Shown here one piece after another: positions 59,101-64,000 of a stretch of 64,000 nt of DNA. The notes below the pieces were generated by a model. That model searched no databases. It worked only from the letters and a program-made list of their open reading frames with translations, and was not told where the DNA came from. The stretch covers positions 57,350,001 to 57,414,000 of the forward strand of contig OZ249436.1 of NCBI GenBank assembly GCA_965235115.1, in the 5' to 3' direction. Numbering within the stretch: position 1 is the first letter of the stretch; the number at the start of each line of letters is the position of its first letter. The DNA is from Laetmonice hystrix. Taxonomy: Eukaryota. A program made the translations under genes and the position numbers.

Positions 59101-62100
59101 AAGCAGCATGTGAGAATGTGACCGCCATAGTGTGTCGTCATGTTTCGACCCATGAATTGTAGATGACAAACTGGTGTTGTTTGGTGATGAGATGATTTGG
59201 TACGTACTGGTGTTGTGAGGTAGACCCGGGCAGTCGTCCCCGCTACCCCTCATTTTCCGATTCCCTTTTGTGTAAGTGCGTGTGTGAGTGCGTGTGATTC
59301 CTATTGACATACAAAGCTTGCTAACGACAGCCCAAGCGCAAGAAGACGCGACGGTATTTTGATTGACAGTCAGGACAAGGTTTATCCTCTGTGTCATATT
59401 GTACGCGGAGACTCATTGCAATCCTACGACCGTTTTTGTTTTCAAAGAACACATGTTCGTCGACACCAAAGTCGGGGAGAAATTTGCATATGCAGATGGT
59501 TCGAAGTCTCCTGCAGAATTTCCACATACTCCAACCGAAACTGAGCCTACAGTTCATTACGATCAGTACCCTGCAAAAGGTGCTTTTATTGTCAGTTTTG
59601 GCATGATGTGATGAAGAAGCATTTTGAAAAAAATGGAAATTTGAAAATAGTTCATTGTGTGCAACCCATGGATGTGACCTCGTTGACTTCTATCCCAGTG
59701 GAGACGACAGTCTTGCTTGATATTTAGATTTAGATGTTGATATTGGTGATTTAATATATTAATGGTATGTTAAAAATAATGGCTTAAAGATGCTAACAGG
59801 GTTTCCTCTGTAAAGATCATCTAATTACCACGGCTACAAAATAATACACGTAATACGCCAAAGCTTTCAACTAATTTCGTGTTGCAAATGGTGTGCACGC
59901 TGTGTATATTTGGCTTGAATTTATTATTTTAGCTTGATCATATGCTGCAATAGATTGACAGCAAGTCCTGTATGTCCTTTGCTCATCCCTTGCAAAAGCC
60001 CGCACAAATTTACCCTCATACGGAAGTGCTAATTCCCACTGAAATAAATGGGTGGGGGGATCCGTTTACACCCAAATAGCACTAAGTATTGTTGCCACCT
60101 CCCTGAGCTCGGTGCCTTTGAGTGGTCATGCAGATTATAGCAGTGGAAACCCTGGCACGCTTGAATGCTCACAGACCCAGGTTCTAATAAAAACAATCCC
60201 TGGATGCCCAGTCTGTGCATGCTGGTACCCCAGTTAAGTGCTTCAAATACCGAATCAAGTCTTGCCTGTCCAACGTAGTTAAACTGGTGAAGGTTTACCC
60301 AAGTACCAGTAGATCATGTTTGGAGTGGCAATCCATGACTTGTAAATGCATATATGGTCACGACTAGCAATCTGGACGCCCAAGATTCTTGGCATCAAGA
60401 ACATTTATCACACAAAAGAAACGGCTTTTCCACCTTAACTTGAGATTCCGCCCGTAGCAAAGTAACCTCTCGCTATACTTAAAATTAACGGGCGTGCTCC
60501 CTGCCACTAACGAACCAGATTGCTGGTTGGGATCGCATTCTATTATTTATCTAGTTCTGCTTGGCTTTTGTCCATCTTGGACTTAGCCAAACTAACATGC
60601 TGACACTTTTAACCCATTCAGTAAACGCTTGCATCTGTCTTTCTGTTTTTCCCTCCTTGCCTTAATTTCCTGGTCATAGATGATGACGATAGTCCTGAAT
60701 ATGAGGTGGAAGAGATATGGGATGGCTCTCAGTGGCGCGTAATCAGGCGAGCTGCCTATCGCAAACCTAAGACAGGTACACCTAAAGGCTTGTAAAATAT
60801 TAACCATTATTAATAACCTAACATATCTAACACGCCATGTTCCTCGCTGTCATCCGCCTTTCTCCAGCCGTGCTGGAATCATTGTGAAGTGTGTGGTGCC
60901 CTCTGGTGTAAATGCTGTCGGACCTCACCCTGTCCACCTTTCCCGAGCCTAGTGCCGACTCTTAGATTCCCATTTACTTTCCTCTGATTTCTGCATGCGA
61001 GCAAATTATGTTGTACAGTATGTTAGACACACAAAGTTAGGTCACATTGTCACCTTGCAATATTTGTTGTTTACCCAATGTTATGCAATTGTTTGTTCAC
61101 ACTCAGTACACAGACAATACCTTTATTTTTTCTTTCCTTATTTATGTATAATTGAACTGTTGTACATGTTACACGGATGATTTTAGTAGAAGCACTATTA
61201 AATTTACGTCTATGGGTTGTCTCATGTAAGTATTGTGTATGAAATATTTAAAGTTGAGCCAATAAAACTCTACACAAAATTCAATCCTGAATTGCACCCA
61301 ATTTACCTTTAGTTGATGACATGGCTGATTTTGTACCGCACCATTACATCACCAGTTTCATATAATACCGGTAAACGGTAACAAATTGTTAAAAAAAATA
61401 CTGTTATTGTGTGTGTTGTATTACTCTATGAATCTTACATGAATCGAGATTCACCGATTGCATAATATATTATAGCCATGACGACTACTTTTGACAGACA
61501 TGATTTCTGTACAGTTGTCATGTCTCTATACCTCTGAGACATGCTATGAAATTCTGCTTCGTTTTATTTGCTCTTTGAGACTTCAGAATTAGCAACAAAT
61601 TATTATGACTGCGCCCTAACGTTTGCACACACACAAACAAAAACAAAACTCGCCTGATCTGGTGCTGTGGTGAACTTTGGATATCTTGTCTTGTGGAAGC
61701 TAGGTTGTCGCCTAAAGTTGGGATATTCTGCTCATTTTGACAAGGGTGATTGTGGTGGTATTGGTCTCTTTGAGATTTGGTATGGAACATGTCATAGCTG
61801 ATGGTCTAAGACTCGTGGTGCGGCAGGTTTATATCCAGTCAGTTTCTCAAGGGCGTCTTTCAAATTGCTGGCTCTCGGAAAGTTTTTTTTTTATATCGTG
61901 TTTACATTTCGCGGAATGTTCATGTTGTTACAGTGATGTTGACTTGGAAAGTGTTCTCAGCCTTTGGTGTTAATGTTACTATCTTTTCTATTCAATAAGT
62001 TTTATTCACGATGGTCAAGATTATTCAGGACTCATTCGAGAAGAGTAAAAGAAAAAATAAAGCTGATAAAAAATTAGGAATACGGCGATCTTGAAGGTTG

Positions 62101-62343
62101 AGAACACTATCCATAATGTCTAGTTGTTGCTTTGAATATCTTGCAATGATTGTCGGGATGGGCAGTGCGGTTCAGTGATCGCAAGGATGAGTGGCAGTAG
62201 TGAGTGACTTGATGGTGGGTCTTCTTCACTTTTAGACCAAGAGGTTACGGGAGCCCAGTTGGCAGAGAGGCTGGCCGAGACAGATACTTGGGCTGGCACT
62301 GACCAACTTACAGCCCCCCTTGAAGGCACGCCCTTGCACAAAG
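5096..62343 (+). CDS. ANK2: Canonical ankyrin gene (ANK2/Ank2/unc-44-like), multi-exon, 5' end outside the window and 3' end probably beyond it: 24 ANK repeats, ZU5-ZU5-UPA, death domain, C-terminal tail
   Basis: Spliced translation gives hallmark ankyrin sequences: [87 protein letters not shown], and a death domain with [10 protein letters not shown]. All junctions are GT-AG and phase-consistent. The symbol denotes the closest family, not one-to-one orthology. Confidence 0.97.
9617..10339. repeat. GC-rich minisatellite, 11 units of 62 bp (two 59-bp variants), interrupted by a 37-bp insert
   Basis: Unit gtcacagtggcgggggtcgtctgcttggagactgtctctgctgtctgtgcctaacgtcacca; GAGACTGTCT counted 11 times. 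Confidence 0.97.
12065..12353. promoter_or_regulatory. Cluster of three identical RFX X-box-like motifs GTTGCTAGGCAAC
   Basis: Exact 13-mer at 12065-12077, 12208-12220 and 12341-12353, plus half-sites at 12178 and 12323. It fits the RFX consensus GTNRCC/N-N0-3-RGYAAC; function untested. Confidence 0.45.
12686..12747. repeat. Exact 30-bp tandem duplication containing the palindrome CCTGCCGGCAGG
   Basis: ggcttaccgacctgccggcaggcctaggtg x2. Confidence 0.9.
12852..12874. repeat. (ACGC)n microsatellite
   Basis: (ACGC)5ACG, followed by a CGCC-GAAA-GGCG hairpin at 12877-12888. Confidence 0.9.
13512..13577. repeat. 20-bp tandem repeat, about 3 copies
   Basis: gtgtgcaccgtgtacatgat repeated at period 20. 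Confidence 0.9.
13711..13809 (+). CDS. ANK2: Ankyrin exon, ANK repeat 2 (99 nt)
   Basis: tttcag|AAT...AAG|gtaaga; [33 protein letters not shown]. Confidence 0.96.
13878..14280. repeat. Minisatellite, 7 units of 54/57 bp (one 63 bp)
   Basis: Unit gtgcactggccagtggttggccactgacgtctagcctccggtcagtgtg(cctca or agtttggt); the minus-strand ORF shows 7 RRLDV repeats. Confidence 0.96.
16523..16536. promoter_or_regulatory. Canonical 14-bp X-box-like motif GTTGCCATGGAAAC
   Basis: Near-perfect palindromic RFX consensus; a single site, function unproven. Confidence 0.3.
16761..16859 (+). CDS. ANK2: Ankyrin exon, ANK repeat 3 (99 nt)
   Basis: ttacag|AAA...CAG|gtaagg; [33 protein letters not shown]. Confidence 0.96.
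17168..17266 (+). CDS. ANK2: Ankyrin exon, ANK repeat 4 (99 nt)
   Basis: tttcag|AAT...GAG|gtaaat; [33 protein letters not shown]. Confidence 0.96.
17445..17630 (+). CDS. ANK2: Ankyrin exon, ANK repeats 5-6 (186 nt)
   Basis: tttcag|GAT...AAG|gttagt; [43 protein letters not shown]...DGQSK. Confidence 0.96.
18516..18545 (+). CDS. ANK2: Candidate 30-nt cassette microexon between ANK repeats 6 and 7 ([10 protein letters not shown])
   Basis: Long T tract + ccag acceptor, AAG|gtctgt donor, phase 0/0. The peptide resembles the human ANK2 insert MMVNRTTE at the same position (recalled). Confidence 0.7.
20665..20804. repeat. Imperfect tandem duplication, period 81 bp
   Basis: tggcgggcgtac(a/g)gcagtataatac(t/a)gaagggatc(a/c)tgcaagc...cagagaatgttagcgt twice; the second copy has an internal deletion. 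Confidence 0.88.
22059..22157 (+). CDS. ANK2: Ankyrin exon, ANK repeat 7 (99 nt)
   Basis: ttccag|AGT...AGA|gtatgt; [33 protein letters not shown]. Confidence 0.96.
22342..22440 (+). CDS. ANK2: Ankyrin exon, ANK repeat 8 (99 nt)
   Basis: ttacag|AAT...CGT|gtaagt; [33 protein letters not shown]. Confidence 0.96.
23484..23582 (+). CDS. ANK2: Ankyrin exon, ANK repeat 9 (99 nt)
   Basis: ttgcag|GAT...AAG|gtaagc; [33 protein letters not shown]. Confidence 0.96.
23878..24075 (+). CDS. ANK2: Ankyrin exon, ANK repeats 10-11 (198 nt)
   Basis: ttacag|AAT...TTG|gtaggt; [22 protein letters not shown]...[13 protein letters not shown]...NARAL. Confidence 0.96.
24340..24834 (+). CDS. ANK2: Ankyrin exon, ANK repeats 12-16 (495 nt)
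   Basis: ttgtag|AAT...AAG|gtcagc; [25 protein letters not shown]...[13 protein letters not shown]...[13 protein letters not shown]...LNLTTK. Confidence 0.96.
25033..25230 (+). CDS. ANK2: Ankyrin exon, ANK repeats 17-18 (198 nt)
   Basis: ttgcag|AAG...AAG|gtaagt; [18 protein letters not shown]...[14 protein letters not shown]...PHCTAK. Confidence 0.96.
25406..25504 (+). CDS. ANK2: Ankyrin exon, ANK repeat 19 (99 nt)
   Basis: tttcag|AAT...AAG|gtatct; [33 protein letters not shown]. Confidence 0.96.
25828..25926 (+). CDS. ANK2: Ankyrin exon, ANK repeat 20 (99 nt)
   Basis: ttccag|AAT...AAG|gtaaat; [33 protein letters not shown]. Confidence 0.96.
26280..26477 (+). CDS. ANK2: Ankyrin exon, ANK repeats 21-22 (198 nt)
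   Basis: ctctag|AAC...AAG|gtaggc; [15 protein letters not shown]...[14 protein letters not shown]...NATTK. Confidence 0.96.
26697..26795 (+). CDS. ANK2: Ankyrin exon, ANK repeat 23 (99 nt)
   Basis: ttccag|CTT...AAC|gtgagt; [33 protein letters not shown]. Confidence 0.96.
27034..27208 (+). CDS. ANK2: Ankyrin exon, ANK repeat 24 plus start of linker (175 nt, phase 0 to 1)
   Basis: ttgcag|ACC...GGA G|gtaggt; [22 protein letters not shown]...[24 protein letters not shown], similar to the AnkB/AnkG PETM linker. Confidence 0.95.
28936..29058 (+). CDS. ANK2: Candidate cassette exon in linker (123 nt, phase 1/1)
   Basis: tactaaccctgtag|GT GAC...TGG G|gtaatc; (G)[40 protein letters not shown]; open and symmetric. 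Confidence 0.55.
30724..30794 (+). CDS. ANK2: Linker exon (71 nt, phase 1 to 0)
   Basis: ttttgtag|GT GAA GAC...AAG|gtaaga; (G)[23 protein letters not shown]; matches the GED motif of other ankyrins and is needed for phase continuity. Confidence 0.85.
32903..33034 (+). CDS. ANK2: Candidate cassette exon in linker (132 nt, phase 0/0)
   Basis: acctag|GAT...CAG|gtaaca; [44 protein letters not shown]; GC-rich island in AT-rich intron. Confidence 0.7.
34453..34652 (+). CDS. ANK2: Linker exon preceding ZU5-N (200 nt, phase 0 to 2); in-frame alternative acceptor at 34489
   Basis: caactag|GAG...TCG GG|gtaggt; [15 protein letters not shown]...[22 protein letters not shown]; the DNV...SG motif precedes FLVSF in ankyrins. 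Confidence 0.9.
36340..36402 (+). CDS. ANK2: Candidate cassette exon (63 nt, phase 2/2)
   Basis: atttttccttgttgcag|T TCG GAC...ACA GG|gtgtgt; (G)[21 protein letters not shown]; strong acceptor, moderate donor. Confidence 0.5.
37144..37161 (+). CDS. ANK2: 18-nt microexon giving (G)KLQWK(S) immediately before ZU5-N
   Basis: ttgcag|C AAA CTG CAA TGG AAG AG|gtaaac, phase 2/2; yields [19 protein letters not shown], like Drosophila Ank2 RKLSWKSFLVSFLVDARGG (recalled). Confidence 0.8.
39685..39909 (+). CDS. ANK2: ZU5-N exon (225 nt, phase 2/2)
   Basis: ggcag|T TTC CTG...CAA GG|gtaagt; [28 protein letters not shown]...[21 protein letters not shown]. Confidence 0.96.
40180..40340 (+). CDS. ANK2: ZU5-N exon (161 nt, phase 2 to 1); alternative donor 6 nt upstream at 40334
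   Basis: ttacag|T CCG GTG...GAA G|gtgatt; [33 protein letters not shown]...GSFEGE. Confidence 0.93.
40881..40922. repeat. (TTTC)n microsatellite
   Basis: ttctttctttctttctttccttctttttttttctttctttc. Confidence 0.85.
41716..42090. repeat. Diverged direct repeat of about 108 bp (41716-41824 and 41981-42090)
   Basis: Shared blocks tagaataaatactaacattatgt, ttagctatta, acacctgatag, gcaagttcacttagtgcttg-like ends. Confidence 0.88.
42437..42648 (+). CDS. ANK2: ZU5-N/ZU5-C exon (212 nt, phase 1 to 0)
   Basis: ttttag|AT TTG...CAG|gtagga; [34 protein letters not shown]...[15 protein letters not shown]. Confidence 0.96.
42796..43000 (+). CDS. ANK2: ZU5-C exon (205 nt, phase 0 to 1)
   Basis: cacag|GCT...ACT G|gtaagc; AQPIQPE...[24 protein letters not shown]...[10 protein letters not shown]. 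Confidence 0.96.
46074..46130 (+). CDS. ANK2: Candidate cassette exon within ZU5-C (57 nt, phase 1/1)
   Basis: atcctag|GT GAG TCT...GCA G|gtaccc; (G)[18 protein letters not shown]; open and symmetric. Confidence 0.55.
47311..47407 (+). CDS. ANK2: ZU5-C exon (97 nt, phase 1 to 2)
   Basis: ttgcag|GA GGT...GCA AG|gtcagt; [32 protein letters not shown]. Confidence 0.96.
47677..47905 (+). CDS. ANK2: ZU5-C end/UPA exon (229 nt, phase 2 to 0)
   Basis: ttttag|G TTT TGG...GAG|gtgggt; FWLMDCQN...[12 protein letters not shown]...[16 protein letters not shown]...RSRDVE. Confidence 0.96.
48110..48440 (+). CDS. ANK2: UPA exon (331 nt, phase 0 to 1)
   Basis: gtcag|GTT CTG...ATG A|gtatgt; [39 protein letters not shown]...ICNLNVTLP...AKSGM. 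Confidence 0.95.
48690..48890 (+). CDS. ANK2: Death domain exon 1 (201 nt, phase 1/1)
   Basis: ttttag|TT GAA...ACA G|gtgagg; [40 protein letters not shown]...[19 protein letters not shown]. Confidence 0.95.
49895..50023 (+). CDS. ANK2: Death domain exon 2 (129 nt, phase 1/1)
   Basis: ttacag|GC AAC...ACT G|gtatgt; [43 protein letters not shown]. Confidence 0.95.
50056..50090. repeat. 8-bp tandem repeat (AACATGAT)n
   Basis: aacatgataacatgataacatgataacaagatgat. Confidence 0.8.
50301..50401 (+). CDS. ANK2: Post-death-domain exon (101 nt, phase 1 to 0)
   Basis: ttgcag|GC TTT...AAG|gtgggt; [34 protein letters not shown]. Confidence 0.92.
52036..52053 (+). CDS. ANK2: Candidate 18-nt microexon (AHQELQ, phase 0/0)
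   Basis: ttcatttctctag|GCTCACCAAGAGTTGCAG|gtgaga; both splice sites near consensus, frame-preserving. Confidence 0.7.
53735..53795 (+). CDS. ANK2: C-terminal exon (61 nt, phase 0 to 1)
   Basis: ttccag|GAA TCC...GTT G|gtaagt; [20 protein letters not shown]; supplies the phase change required by downstream exons. Confidence 0.87.
54392..54568 (+). CDS. ANK2: C-terminal tail exon (177 nt, phase 1/1)
   Basis: ctgtcag|GC TCC...CCA G|gtacac; [29 protein letters not shown]...IDRTP. Confidence 0.8.
56189..56362 (+). CDS. ANK2: C-terminal tail exon (174 nt, phase 1/1); reads through to TGA at 56452-56454 if the donor is skipped
   Basis: tactaactcgtttcag|AA ACA...AAA G|gtagag; [58 protein letters not shown]. 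Confidence 0.8.
57303..57360 (+). terminator. Candidate intronic polyadenylation site: three AATAAA followed by a GT-rich element
   Basis: AATAAA at 57303, 57321 and 57333; then ttctgtgggtttttgtgg; about 850 nt downstream of the read-through stop at 56452. Confidence 0.5.
58355..58432 (+). CDS. ANK2: C-terminal tail exon (78 nt, phase 1/1)
   Basis: ggttttcag|AT GGG...CAA G|gtactt; [26 protein letters not shown]. Confidence 0.7.
59448..59579 (+). CDS. ANK2: C-terminal tail exon (132 nt, phase 1/1)
   Basis: tttttgttttcaaag|AA CAC...AAA G|gtgctt; [44 protein letters not shown]. Confidence 0.7.
60680..60775 (+). CDS. ANK2: C-terminal tail exon (96 nt, phase 1/1); reads through to TAA at 60793-60795 if the donor is skipped
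   Basis: Long pyrimidine tract...catag|AT GAT...ACA G|gtacac; [32 protein letters not shown]. Confidence 0.75.
61261..61266 (+). terminator. Candidate polyadenylation signal for an isoform ending after exon 60680
   Basis: AATAAA about 465 nt after the read-through TAA (60793), preceded by several TGTA motifs in AT-rich UTR-like sequence. Confidence 0.35.
62236..62343 (+). CDS. ANK2: C-terminal tail exon (108 nt, phase 1/1)
   Basis: cttcttcacttttag|AC CAA...AAA G|gtacat; [36 protein letters not shown]. Confidence 0.72.
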
Positions 62344-64000
62344 GTACATAGAGATCACAAGCACATGTTAAACGGAATTGATCAATTATGGAGTATAGAT
62401 ACTTAAGGCTTGAAAAATTTAATTTGAACATAGGATTGTAATTAATAACAAGGACAAAAACATTGACATAAGACAAATGTGAAAGAAATACAGCTGAACT
62501 TACACGTAAAAGATATATTCGTTGTTGTATTCAGTTGCTATTAGTTTTCATACTTACGAAATATTAATTTTCTCTTCCTTTATTTCGTAGTTCTGATTTC
62601 ATCAATATTCTTTCACATTTACGAAGTCTCGTATGATTGTTACATTAACGGGTGTTCTTAGTAACCCGGTAATTAAGATTATTTCGTCGATTTGTTACAC
62701 TGTGTCGTTGTTTGTGTGTTATTAGCACCCAGATTGTGATGGTTAGCTGAGATTAACAGTGTAATTTCAGTTGTATGGGAAAGCATTTTCGAATGGTGAA
62801 AGGTTGGATAACAGACTGCTAAATCCGTGGTGATACCTAACATCAAGCATGTGATCCCTTGCCTACCTCTAAAAAATGAAACCTTAATAACCGGACCTTC
62901 CAAATCTGCATAGAGAGCTTGGCTTAAATACCATGGAAGAAATATTACATTCCCGACCAGCCTACTAAAAATCCTTTGTTTAGTCATGCACTAATTATTT
63001 AAAGGTTTTGTTATGTTATGTGTTTCTATCCTTCCTCTCACTCTACGCTGGACATATACCGTATTTTCTTTTGCACAAAGCAGAAAGAAAATTGTTTCAT
63101 GGCTCACTGGTCAAAATCTTTTCACCCTTATATATATATATATATTTATAATTACACATTGCGTTTTCAATTTTTCATGTAGACTACCTTCTATACCAGC
63201 ACAACAACCCCTTTCTCTACATTTTGCCAGACGTGCATGATCCTTGAAGAATCTTTGTGTCATTACTAGTTCTCTTTGAATGTTTTTTATTTTGACAGGC
63301 TATACATTGGATACACAACATTATACTTTTGTTATCATAGGATATAGAACCCCCTAATGATTACAGAAAGTTACCCCCTCCATGACAGAAAACCTTACTC
63401 CCCGGAATATCATTTAACCATGCCAACTTCACTCATTATGTACTCATTCTGAGGTCATAAACCAACTCTTTGAGGAACATGATGTTCACTTCATATCACA
63501 CTGGCTTCATCTGTGTTGTAATGTGTCAGTTACTGTTCATGTTATTGTGTGATTGTTTATATGTTACATGTGGCACTGAGAACGCATTGTCTGTGTATGC
63601 ATGTGATCTCAGGTACATGAATTAGTGGTCTTGTACATCAGGTGATTCAGTATATCTGGCAGTGTAGTAGTGTAAAAGAACCGTACCATTGGGCCTGGGT
63701 TTCCTTGCATAAAAGCAAAGTGCATTTAGAGCTTTCTGCAGGCTAGGTCCTCAAAAGGTCAATATTATGTACAGTTAAATATTTCTTGGCATGATGCCAT
63801 CACCGCCATGATTAAGGAACTGAAAACTAAAGAATGAACGTCACTTGGTTTACCCTCCTTTGTTTTTTGTTCAGTATTGACCTTTTGAGCAAGAGAGCAT
63901 TTATGTGTGCCCGTTCCAATCAATGTGTTTAATATGTGTCTTTGGTTGCTCACTGTTAATATGAGCGACCTCCTGTTACGCTTGCTGGAATCCATGCTTT

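Noticed and set aside
61704-61745. 42-nt symmetric phase-1 exon candidate [14 protein letters not shown] (also 18-nt LHQSVK at 31515-31532)
   Set aside because: Poor pyrimidine tracts and weak donors; such matches are expected by chance
63299-63358. Strong acceptor reading GYTLDTQHYTFVIIGYRTP-stop as a possible last exon
   Set aside because: AT-rich non-coding composition and no clear poly(A) signal within the window; undecidable here
1-64000. tRNA, rRNA, CRISPR arrays, U12-type introns, intact transposase/RT
   Set aside because: None seen. The tandem arrays lack unique spacers, and no donor matches RTATCCTT.

Overview
Eukaryotic genomic DNA, AT-rich with short spliceosomal introns. The taxon is probably a protostome, likely lophotrochozoan; this is inferred from protein motifs only. 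Almost the whole window is one + strand canonical ankyrin gene (ANK2/Drosophila Ank2/unc-44 type), reconstructed by hand from GT-AG sites and translation. It encodes 24 ANK repeats (5096-27208), a linker, ZU5-N/ZU5-C, UPA, a death domain and a long modular C-terminal region. Exon 1 is not in the window and the gene probably continues past 64000. The constitutive chain from 5096 to 50401 sums to 4605 nt with consistent phases. The main points of interest are: several frame-preserving microexons and cassette exons, two of which match inserts in human ANK2 and Drosophila Ank2; a five-repeat fused exon containing a near-100% GC3 island; no giant exon between UPA and death domain; six symmetric phase-1 tail exons, two of which can also act as terminal exons; and intronic repeats (a MITE, a perfect 51-bp palindrome, two minisatellites and an RFX X-box cluster). 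No RNA genes, CRISPR arrays or intact transposase/RT ORFs were found. All alternative exons are predictions without transcript support.
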